A stretch of DNA of 64,000 bases from contig OY740799.1 of assembly GCA_963514005.1 (NCBI GenBank), forward strand, positions 31,372,001 to 31,436,000, written 5' to 3'. Both the position numbers and the translations under genes were made by a program. The notes under the pieces are model-generated. The model was not told the DNA's origin and made no database searches. It worked only from the letters and a program-made list of their open reading frames with translations. Below, piece after piece: positions 13,301-25,300 of the stretch. Numbering within the stretch: the stretch's first letter is position 1; each line of letters begins with the position of its first letter. The stretch comes from Raja brachyura. Taxonomy: Eukaryota.

Positions 13301-16300
13301 TTCAATCCATGTTTCGTTGCACTAGAAAATAATGTAACACAAATGAATGCATCTTTAAATTTGTAATTTAGTTTGACTGTTTTGAAATAGTATTCATGTA
13401 AATGTGTTTGAGGGATATATTTGTTTGATTGGTTGGATTAAATTGCTCTACCACAATTCAAAGAAGTTGAAGTAGTTATGTTTCGGTAAGGTTCTGTTTA
13501 ATAATGTATTTAGTGGAAACCAGCATTTTAATATTTCAATTTTAATGAATGTAATAATCAGAGGGCAGATGTTCGGACCCATAAACATAATCTATTATAA
13601 TCCTGTTTTAATTTGTGTGCACTATTGGATGAATGGGACATAAAATTGAATTCATCAAATGCAATCCATTGAATAGCACCATTTTGATAATTGATGATGT
13701 GTGGGATCAAAAACTGACCCGTGATTTCCAGAACAAATGTGCCTGGCCTACGGTGAACCTTTGGAATGTCTTCCTTTGGAGCTGTGGAGGAGCATTAGTG
13801 ACTAAAACGGAGTTCATATTATTAATTTAGCCTTTGGTGTCTTTTGGCAACCAAATCAAAATAATCACAATTAATAATTTAGGTTTTTAATTTATTTCAA
13901 CACAGTCATGAATTACATATAAGGAAGCAATGGACCATTCATTGCTCCAAATATCATTGCAGAAAAGAAGATTACTTATATATTTAGTCACTAATGCATA
14001 AGTTGATAAAATCTTTGTTGGCAAAACCAAAAGCCAAGAACTTTGAGAAGTTGTACAGAGGTTTTGTCAGCATTGAGCTAACACAGGCAGATGATTCAGA
14101 TCATAAATAGCAGACTAACTTAGAAGCTGGCAGTTTTTAGTTTAGTTTAGTGATACAGCGTGGAAACAGACTCTTTGGCCCATTGGGTCCACACCGACCA
14201 GCAATCCCCGCACATTAACACTATCCTACACCCTATAGGGACAATTACTGAGCCAATTAACCTGCAAACCTGTACGTCTTTGGAGTGTGGGAGGAAGCTG
14301 AAGATCTCGGAGAAAACCCTCGCAGGTCACGGGGAGAACGTGTAAACACCACACTGACAGCACCCACAGTCTGGGTTGAACCCGGGTCTTTGGCATTGCA
14401 TTTGCTGTAAGGCAGCAACTCTGCCGCTGTGCCACATGTCTAAAAACATGAATGCTATGGTATGAAATTTAGTTCAGTGATAAATAGCATGCTGAGATAC
14501 AAACAGTTCCAGAGAGCATGAGATCATATAGCTTTTTCATTAAGCTACTTCATTTAGTTTTTTTCACCCTGGTCATTCCATCTTTTTCCCTCTCCTGTCA
14601 GGCAGAAGATACAATAGCTTGAAAGCATGTACCACCAGACTCAGGACAAGCTTCTTCCCCTCTGTTATCAGACTACTGAACGGTCCTCCTATAAGATAGG
14701 GTGTTGTCCTGATCTTCCAACCTATCTCGTTGTGGACATTGGACCTTTTATTTTGGAATGTATTGCTACATAGTTGTACAACTATATGCTGCCCTCCGAT
14801 AATTTTCCCTTTGCACTACCTGTGTATAGCTTGATTATAATCATATATGATATGATCTGATTTAATTGAATAGCATGCAAGCAAAAGCTTTTCACCGTAT
14901 CATGGATCAAGATTAGGCAACATATTTTGTATTTACCTTGTGAAGAATCATTTGAAAAACTTAAGAATAATATTTGTAGTGTAAGCTTACGAAAAATCAA
15001 AATTACATAATGAATTAAATATATTTACCTTTCGTGGTGGATTTGAATCACAGTAACATTCTTCTGGTGGGGTGGTGGTGGGGGCAGTTGTAGTCATGGT
15101 TGTCACTTCAGTTGGCTCACAGCAAACTCTGATCTTATAGTCATTACAAATCTGTCCCACTGCATCCTCAGAAACCGTACATATCAGCCCTATGTCTTTA
15201 TCACACACAACTACATCTGGTGATAAACTTGCAGGCCAATAAGTATAATTGGCGAGTTGACACTGAATGTTACTGATCTTATCAGAAGGATAGGAACATA
15301 TTCTTGTACGTATTGGAGTCAGCAATTCAGTATCATTTGGGCTCTCTGCTGATGGTGTATTATCATTATACCAGGAAGACCATACACCAGAACAGTGGGC
15401 CTCTGCAATGGAAAAAGAGGACAGCATTAGAATCACATTTGAAGAGGGGAATGATAAATACAATTGTATCAAGCTGTATTATATTGATGAATTTTAGATA
15501 ATGTCTCATTAGATGCACGCTAAATGGACAAAAGAAGGTGATTAACAGTTGTGTTGTTTCCAGAGAATGGGCAATATAGGATTCATGACAAGAAAGACCA
15601 ATGCAAGAAGAAAATTAACAATGCGGATTTATAACAATAAAGGGCCTGTCCCACCAGGATGCAACTCCGTGCGATGAGAGCGACCTAACGTGGTCGCTTG
15701 AGCCGTCCGGCGTCGCGGGGCCGGTCCCACTTCGATCGCCGGAGCCATGCGGAATTGTATGGAGTTTGTCCCGACATCGCGCGGGGCTCCGAAAAACTGA
15801 CCATGTTCAAAAATGCCGCGCGGCAACGGCTTGTCGGTTCGCTGTCACCTCGACGCATTACACACCACCTCGACGTCGTGCCTCCGTGAACCTATCTGTA
15901 GGTGCCTCCATGACCCTCTCTGTGTGTTGCTCCGTGGCTCTCTCTCTCTGTGCCTCTGTGCCCCTCTCCTTGTGTCCCTCTCTGTCCTGGCAAACTTACC
16001 TTGAAGACTTTGCAGCAAGTTCGCCTCACTTTGCGCCACGTTGCGCCACTCACCCGACCTCCGCGCGGCCCCTGCTGCTGGTTTGGTCACGCTTGCCGCA
16101 TGCAGGCGCATGCTGGTGGGACAGGCCCTGTACGGGGATCACCCGACCTCCGTGCGGCCCCCGCTGCTGGCTTGGTCGTGCTCACCGCATGGAATCGCAT
16201 GCTGGTGGGACAAGCCCTTAAGCCTCAAGATGGCAGTGGTGGAAGGTCCAAAGGAAAGTCGGTGGCTGTGAATAGTCTTCCAGCTCATCTCCCGAACCTC

Positions 16301-19300
16301 AGAAAGCATCCAAAAGCTCTGTGGGCATTTCAGGAAGCAGGACATGGTGACCTTGGTGCATGGATGATATGGCCGTGGTAGTCATGGATAATAATGTTAG
16401 TGGAGGCAGTCACAGGAAGTCCTACAGCCAGGTGAGCCAGCGGTTCGGGAACGACATGGAGTGGTACTAAAAGGAACCAATGGCATGGCGTGGGTCAGAC
16501 TGACCACTATATCATCAATCAAGTGATGTTCGGATACTGGGCCTTAAATGTGGAAATAAGAAATTGCAAGTCTCCTTATTGTAAAATTGTCTATTCTGAA
16601 ATGTAAGACTTGAAAAGTTGCAAGCATGTTAACAACTAGAGGGCATTGTTTTAAGGTGATAGGGACAATGTTTAAAGGAGATGCGCGAGGCAAGTTTTTT
16701 TACACAGTGTTATGGTTACCTGGAGCATCCTGCCAGGAGTCGTGGTGGCGGAAGATTTGATAATGATGTTTAAGTCGGTTTTAGATAGACACATGGATAT
16801 GCATGGATAGGAGTGTTATAGATAATGTGCTGGGAGATGAGATTAGTTAATGTTTCCATCATATTCGGTGCAGATATTGTGGGCCAAACGGCTTTTTTCC
16901 TGTGCTAAATGTTTCTATGTTCAATGGTGTGATTTGACTTGACAGCACACAGAATAAGCTATTCACTGTACACCTAACAATAATAAACTGAAACCGAACT
17001 AGACCAAGGAAGAGGGAGATTTGTATGGCAGAGCGACAAATAACTAAAAATAAACTCAGCTAATGGGGTCAAGGAAAGAGCATTCACGTCGCGGCCCGTT
17101 TCCATCAATCTTTCCACCAATCTTTTCACCACCATACACAAGAAGCGCAAGAAGCGCAAGACACACACCATTGTGCAGATGAGGAGAAGTGTGTTCATCT
17201 CTGGCTGAACAACTTNNNNNNNNNNNNNNNNNNNNNNNNNNNNNNNNNNNNNNNNNNNNNNNNNNNNNNNNNNNNNNNNNNNNNNNNNNNNNNNNNNNNN
17301 NNNNNNNNNNNNNNNNNNNNNNNNNNNNNNNNNNNNNNNNNNNNNNNNNNNTTTTTGTCCACAGTAACAATTTGAATGTCTAGGCTGAATTAAGAATGTG
17401 AAGAAAAGAAGCAGAAGAAAAGAAAATAAGTCAACAAAGCCCCTTGTGCTTGCATCACCTTTCATTAAAATCACAAATGAGAGATCTCAGTTCATTCATT
17501 CATTCAAATTCATTCTACATTTTCAATTTGCAGTCTTCTTCAGGAATGAATTCCAATAATATACTACTCTCTGGAGAATACATTTTTGTGTTCAGTCCTG
17601 GTTGTGCAATCCCTTAAACTAAGAGTTGGTGAAAACAATTATATATATTGTATCTCTCCACTCTCACACGTCAGGTAGTATGTAGTGGCTGTGAGTGATT
17701 TTCTCTCACGTGACTAATCGCATGTTTTTCAATGACCATTAGCTACAGTCTCAGCCTGTGTATTCCCTTAATTTCCTCTCTCAAGATTATTTCCCCCTAA
17801 AGATGCTTGCCATCTTTCTAACAAATGCATATGTGTGTATATGAAGTTTCAACACAGGTTGGGAATGTTGCTAATCGTCATTGAAAAACATAATAAGTCA
17901 CTTGAGGGGGAAGTGCATTCACAACCACTACATGCTACCTGAGGTGTGACTGTGGGGAGATTCAACATGTGTAATTATATTCAACAAAACTGTGAAAACC
18001 TAGCATGTTTGTTAATAAAATGCGAGAAAATATGCTGGAAAAATTGTTACGATGTTAGAAATGTCCAATCAGAAAAATTGCAAAAACCTATCATGTTTTC
18101 TACTCAAAATGTAGTACTGGAAAAATGAAAAAAAGATGTTTAAAATATCCACTCACCTGTTGTGGAACTAACGGTAGACCCAGTCGTGACAGTTGTCACT
18201 GTTGTTGGTGTTGTTTCTGGTAAAAGAGTACAAATGTGTTTACAACCACATTACACAACTTGAATTACAAGAGTAGAAATTGAATTATGTTAGAATCAGC
18301 ATTTATTAAGGAGCCAGGCCCAAATTCGTTTGACCTTGATCACATATACCCAAGTTGAATTTATCTAGAATGTTTGTTTGGTCAATCACAATGACAGCCC
18401 TACAATCAAATGCAACCTGTTTACTAAGCAGATGATCCATGCGACAATTTTTTTTTTCTGAATTTCTGTATCCAAATCTACAGTGAAATTTATTATATGG
18501 ACAAAAGTGTAATTGGAAAAATACACTTTTGCGAGGTCATGCAATTACTGAGTTTCACAAGATTTAGGATCATAAGTTAGAGCACAGAATGTTGAAACTA
18601 ATCATCCTTGATTTCACTATTGTACACATACTAACATACTTGCAAGATACTATAACTAACCTGATGTGGTACTTGTACTCGTCTCAGTTGTTGTTTCTAG
18701 TGAAAGAAAAGAATGACATACTCAACAAAGGCAACCAAGTTGAATTGACACCCAGTTGAGAAACGTTTAACAAGACTTGACAATAATTGACTAGCTGGCA
18801 CATTTAATTAAAACATTGTACCATATGTATTATTTTCCTAAGCATAAGATAATTGCAGGGCAAATTGTCTTTTGGCAATCCTGTTTATATCAATGGGATG
18901 ATGGTGGAGAGAGTAAAAAACTTCAAATCCCTGGGCGTGCATATTTCCAACGATCTTTCCTGGACCCAGCACACTGATGCAATTATAAAGAAAGCACATC
19001 AGTGCCTCTACTTCCTGAGAAGATTACGGAGATTCGGTATGTCAAAGAGGATTCTATTGAATTTCTACAGGTGCACAGTAGAGAGCAAATTGACTGGTTG
19101 CATCATGGCCTGGTTCAGCAACTTGAACGTCCAGGAGTGGAAAGACTGCAAAAAAGTTGTGAATATTGCCCAGCCCATCACCGGCTCTGACCTCCCCACC
19201 ATCAAAGGGATTTATCGGAGTCTCTGTCTCAAAAAGGCAGCCAACATCATCAGAGACTCACACCATCCTGGCCACACACTCATCTCACCACTGCCAGCGA

Positions 19301-22300
19301 GAAGAAGGTACAGGAGCCTGAGAACTGCAACGACCAGGTTCAGGAACAGATTCTTCCCTACAGCCATCAGGCTATTAGACACTGCAAACTCATAAGCTCT
19401 GATCTACAATAGACTATTATTATTATTATTGCACAGTTGTTGTTTGTTTATTTCAGTATTTGTGTGCATGTGTGTGTCTCATTGATCATATTATTTATTA
19501 TGATCACATATTCCGTTGTGTTGCAGTAAGTAAGACTTTCATTGTTCTATTAAGGACATATGCTAATAAAACACTCTTGACTACTACAGTTCTATGTCTT
19601 TGTAATTCAACAGATGAGTACTTCAGCGTCAACAGGAAAAATATTGCTGTGGACTTGGTTATTGGCAAAGAAAGAAGTGGTCCTTTTCTGAGAAAGATTG
19701 AACCTTAAATATAAATTCTTGTTTACTCAAATTAAAATAATGACATTGCATGAGTGATATGCATCATGTGCAGGCAGCTGAGATTAATTTATCTTTTAAA
19801 ATGTTCAGCAGTAACATTGCGGGCTGAAGAACCTGTTCCTGTGCTATGTGTTCAATATGCTATGTATACTTAATGGATGCCACATATTTATTTAATGTGT
19901 CTCATTTGTTTAGAATCATGTAATTAAATGCCATTTAAATAAAGGATGATAGGCTTAAATAATTTGAATATTATCCTGACACCAACCCTAACTGTGTAAT
20001 ATTGACCCATTGTCTTATTTCAGTGCCACTGTTGACAATCTTTGGCTCTTTATGCACCAATTGCAGATTTCATGGAAGTTCAACAGTGTTTTCCAAAGAC
20101 TGCATGGTCTACTTTGTACAATCTATCTATATCTATGATTATNNNNNNNNNNNNNNNNNNNNNNNNNNNNNNNNNNNNNNNNNNNNNNNNNNNNNNNNNN
20201 NNNNNNNNNNNNNNNNNNNNNNNNNNNNNNNNNNNNNNNNNNNNNNNNNNNNNNNNNNNNNNNNNNNNNNNNNNNNNNNNNNNNNNNNNNNNNNNNNNNN
20301 NNNNNNNNNNNNNNNNNNNNNNNNCGCAAAACAGTACACCACAGTGCTACAATTTTGGCCCACCTTACCATTGTCCTGCGTTGCGAATTAGCCAAGTTTA
20401 GTTCTGATTAATGTTATATTTTACAAGTTATTGACATTTTAAACTTTACAAAAAACACTTTCCCACTTTCCCTGCCCAATTGCCACGTTCGACATCAACG
20501 AAACTCCGCCAAAACGACACACGATTGTGCTACAATTTTTGGCCCACCTTACTCACCATTAGCCTACAATGTGAACTAACAAGTTGCATTAGGATTTATG
20601 TTATATTTTACGTTATGACATTTTAAACATATCTTTTAAAATGCCCTTCTACAGTTTAAAGAAGAGAGCTAATCGTAAACAACACTTATCCATGTTCTCT
20701 CAAGCTGCTGCCTAACTCGCTGATTATGTCAGCACTTTGTGTTATTTTGTGTAATCTAGCATTTGCAGTGCCTTGTTTCTCTTCCAACTCGGTTCATCCA
20801 CAGCTTTATGAAGAGTACTTAACAACTTGGTATAATAGGATTGAGCCAAACATTGGAATCTTGACATGTATATTTTCACCTTTTACATCAATAATGTAAG
20901 CAAAGAAGCAAGAAGAGGTAAGAGCTGCTGTTAGAAATGTTGACCCTTTATTTATAAATATTCCATAACGAAATTTAAATTTAAATTTAAAAATTGCCAA
21001 ATTCGTCTGCTTTGCTCATCATTTTGTTACGATGGGATCCATTAAATTCTGAACTTATCAGTGCATTTTTATACACCTCCACAGTGACATACAGTAAGTC
21101 AAATGGGTCAGCGTGAACAAGAAAAGAAACATTTCAGAAGACAAATAGAGACTACTGCTCTTTCAAAGGTTCACAGTGCTAATGCACAACACATTGCAAC
21201 TCATCACAACTTTACTAACTAGTGTGCATCCTGGGACATAGGCTAATCCATCCATGAGCAAATGCTCTCAGAGTTAGAGTAAAAGTCTGCTGAGCAAAGG
21301 GACGACCCTTTTCTCTAAGAAGGCACTGCTGCTGAAATTCTTATCCATGTCTACTGGATGCTCAATGCTCCTTAATAAAATACTGCTGACAGTCAGAACC
21401 ACATAGACTCTCACATATTTTCAGTGAGAAACTTTAAATTTTAGGAGCAAAGCTATGAACACGGATGAATGGTATAGAGCTTTATTTTAACAGAGCATAC
21501 AGGTACAGAAGGATAAGCTAATATAATTAATAGGTGATGTTACTAACCCGATGTAGTGCTGGTAGTGGTCTCAGTTGTTGGTGTTGTTTCTAGAGAAAGA
21601 AAAAAGGTTATATTTACCCAATTCAGGCGAGATATATGTCAAAATGAATTGGTATGGAGTTATTTTCTTAATTATAAATGCAGTTGGTGGGCATACTAGA
21701 CTACTACATGTATTTCCCTTTGCAGATAGCTGGTCGAGCTGCAGCTGCATAGGCCAGTGACTCTGGTTCCACCTTGACCACGGGTGCTGTCTGCGTGCAC
21801 ATTCTCCTTTTAACAGTGTGGATGGCCTCCAGGTATTTGATAGATGTTATTACTAACCTGTTGTAGTGCTGGTAGTGGTCCCAGTTGTTAATGTAGTTGT
21901 AGTTTCTGGTGAAAGAAAATAATGCTATGGTCAACTAAGGCAGCCAAGAGAAATAGATGTGCAGTATTGAATCTTCAACAGGAACTCCTGAACTGGATCG
22001 TTTGATGAAAACGATTTTGAGTTGACATTGTATCAATGTGAGATGTTTCTGAAAACAATCTGCATTTATGTTTGCACATCCTAAAGTCACATGATCCACA
22101 AACTGCACAAAAGTTGGAGATTATAATTACACTTTTGCTCGTTCCTGCTGCGTTTACGTGGGAATGAGCAGCAATAAACTCATGTTCTTCCACATCTCCT
22201 ATGTTTTTCTAAGATTACATCATAACTAGATATAATTGATTTGAGGCAAACATTGAAATCTTGACATGTATGTTTGCACCATCTATCTCAATAATGTTAG

Positions 22301-25300
22301 AAACGATGCAAGAAGTTAGCCAGTACTGATCTGAGAAGTGTTGACCCATCAGCTTAAGATTTGTCACTGTTGACGGAAAGTGGTTTGACTCACCTGTTGT
22401 GGAACTGGTGATGGACTCAGTGGTGCCAGTTGTCGAATATGTTGTTGGTGTTGTTCCTGGGGAGAGAGTACAAACATGTTTAGGATTTTAATTGCAAGAG
22501 CTGCAGCCACATAGTGCCAGAGACCCGCGTTCTATCCTGGTTTCCCGTACTGTCTGCGCGGAGTTTGTACGTTCTCCCCTTTACCGTGAGAGTTCCCTCC
22601 AGGTGTTTGCTAGATGTTGTTACTAACCTGATGTAGTGCTTGTTGTGGCCCCTGGTGTTGATGTTGGTGTTGTTTCTAGTGAAAGAAAAGAATGCTATCT
22701 TCAACCAAGGCAACCAAGAGGAATTGGTACCAAGTAAAGAAACCTCCAACAGGAATTCATTTTAATACATTGTTTTACTGTGGTTATTTCCTTCATCATA
22801 GAATCATGTGGGAGGGTATGCTTTGCTGTTACTATTCTTCATCTCTGACAATCAGCAGATGGCTATTTTGCTCCATTCTAGAACAATCCTACATTCTTGA
22901 CACTTCGATTGTGGATTTCATGAAGAATTACAAGGCCCTTTTTATTTCAGAAGTGGTTCTCCTATTTTCCGAGTAAGAATTGTTAAATGTTTGTGGCAAC
23001 ACCATGAACAGGCAAGAGGGAAGTATAGAGCTTTGCTTTGACGTTACCTGATGTAGTGCTGGTTGTGGTCTCAGTTGTTGATGTGGTTGGCGTTGTTTCT
23101 GGAGAAGAAAATATTATATTCAATCAGGCAGCTAGGTCAATTGGTACGCATTTTAGAAGCCTTGAACAGAAACACATGAGCTGGCATATTTTATGAATAC
23201 ATTTATTCAGGTCTTATTTTCTTCATTGTGTAACAAAATTAGACTGCCTCATTTTTTTCTCATTGTCAATCAGCAGCTGATCATTTTAGTGGCATTATAA
23301 ATAATTATGTTCTCTTATGTTCCGATGTCAGATTTCATTGAGGCTCAAACGTGTCTCCCGGAAACTGCAGGTGATCAGAAATGCCTATAGAAAAGTGTCA
23401 TGCTCAGTATGTCTTTTAACATTACTGTGGGTAATTAGAACCACAAAGTCTTTCCTTATTCATTGCCATCACAGACAATCATGCGTTCTTAATGCATTAC
23501 ACTTGACATTTCCCTCATCGTAGAAAAAAGTGGGAGGACATAGTCTGCTGCTAAATTCCTTTATCTCTGTCAACTAGCATATTAATGTTTCTCTGCCATC
23601 TCAAACAATCCCGTGCTCTTGACGCATTGATTAAGGATTTACTGGCAATTGAACCACGTCTTCCTGTACGGTCTTCTTTTGCCATTATTACTAACAGTAG
23701 ATTTGCACAATTCATGCCAATAATGTAAACGAAGATGCAAGAATGGAGCAACAGAGCTGATGTTAGAAATGTTGACCCATTGTCCAAAGGTTAGCCAATA
23801 TTGGGGTCAAGGAAAGAGTGTTCATGTTGCAGCCCTGTTTCCACCAATCTTTCCACCACCGAGCACAAGAGGTGACAAGTCAGACACCATTGAATGCAGA
23901 TGGCGAGAAGTGTGTTCTGCTCTTGCTGAACAACTTCTAATCTTATGCTTGGTATACACAGTTACAAATGGAACCACAGACCCCAGAAGTGAAATATTGA
24001 CCCATTGTCTTATTTCAGTGCCACTGATAAACAATTATTTGCTCTTAATGCACCAATTGCGGATTGTACGGAAGTTCATCCGTGTTTTCCAAAAACTGTA
24101 TGTTCCAATTTGTACCGTTATTTTTTTTAAAATATTTTCATTAGAAGCAATGCATATTGCCAATGATATAACAGTTTTTCCATTACACATTTATCTTGTT
24201 TCAAAAGTTATACAAATATTATGGAATGATTTATATAAGCTTCTATTTTTTTTAGAAAGTAAAGAAAGTAAAGAGGTAAAAGAATAGGTGTGTAATCAAT
24301 GAAGATTGTGATTAAATAATATTGATTATGATTATATATTTTTAAATTTAAAAAAAAAAAAAAATTAAAAATTAAAAAAACAGTAAGAATAATAAAAATA
24401 AAAAATAATACAAACACACAATTATTATGTAAAAAAAAATTGAAGTATACATCATTTGCTCTTAATGCACCAATTGCGGATTGTACGGAAGATCATCGGT
24501 GTTTTCCAAAAACTGTACGTTCCACTTTGTACCGTTATTTTTTTAAAACATATTTTCATTAGAAGCAATGCATATTGCCAATGATATAACAGTTTTTCCA
24601 TTACACATTTATCTTGTTTCAAAAGTTATACAAATATTAAGGAATGATTTATATAAGCTTCTATTTTTTTTTAGAAAGTAAAGAAAGTAAAGAGGTAAAA
24701 GAATAGGTGTGGAATCAATGAAGATTGTGATTAAATAATATTGATTATGATTATATATTAAAAAAAATTAATAAAAATAAATAAAAAATAAAAAAAACAA
24801 TAAGAATAATAAAAATAAAAAATAACAAGCAAACAATTATTATGGAAAAAAATTGAAGTATACATCTTAAGAATGATTGAAACAATTTGACATAACAATA
24901 TCTATAGAGACGTGTATACAAATCTCAGAATAGATCTTTTCATTTAATCCTACCACCGGGCATTTATTGAGTTACAATGCTGAGCTCAGCTACCCCTTCA
25001 TATAGTCAGTGAATGGAGACCATATTTGTTCAAAAAGTTCATATTTGTCCATTAGGACAAACCTACTTTGTACCGTTATTACTAATGGTGTGTGATGTGC
25101 TTGCACAACATGAGCATTTGTGTTCCACTTGTCCAAATGTGTCAGAACCTGAAATTGCATAAAATTGGACACAAAGTGCTGAACAAGGAACTGCAGATGC
25201 TGGATTACACAAAGTGACCCAAAGTGCTGGAAAAAATCAGCATGTCAGGCAGAATCACTGGAAAACATGGATTGGTGACATTTCGTGTCAGGACCCTTCT

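Noticed and set aside
1255-15402. Assigning a specific symbol (MUC2, MUC5AC, MUC5B, VWF, OTOG)
   Set aside because: CysD plus PTS argues against VWF and otogelin, but orthology among gel-forming mucins needs a phylogeny and synteny that I cannot run.
15629-16381. Cluster of GC-rich overlapping ORFs resembling a CpG island or small gene
   Set aside because: It coincides with a MITE bounded by TIRs and a TAA duplication; high GC explains the open frames. The same applies to 3486-3912 and 46230-46529.
18853-19395. 180-aa ORF as a host gene
   Set aside because: It is the C-terminal part of a Rex1/Babar-type LINE ORF. The ORFs at 6448-6990 and 7750-8226 are likewise Penelope and CR1 fragments.
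16974-20401. ORFs containing X runs
   Set aside because: These are artefacts of translation through N gaps.
20325-20640. Two ~190-bp related copies (gtgctacaattttggcccacctta) next to the gap
   Set aside because: Probably part of an unclassified dispersed repeat cut by the gap; there are no termini or coding signal to support a call.
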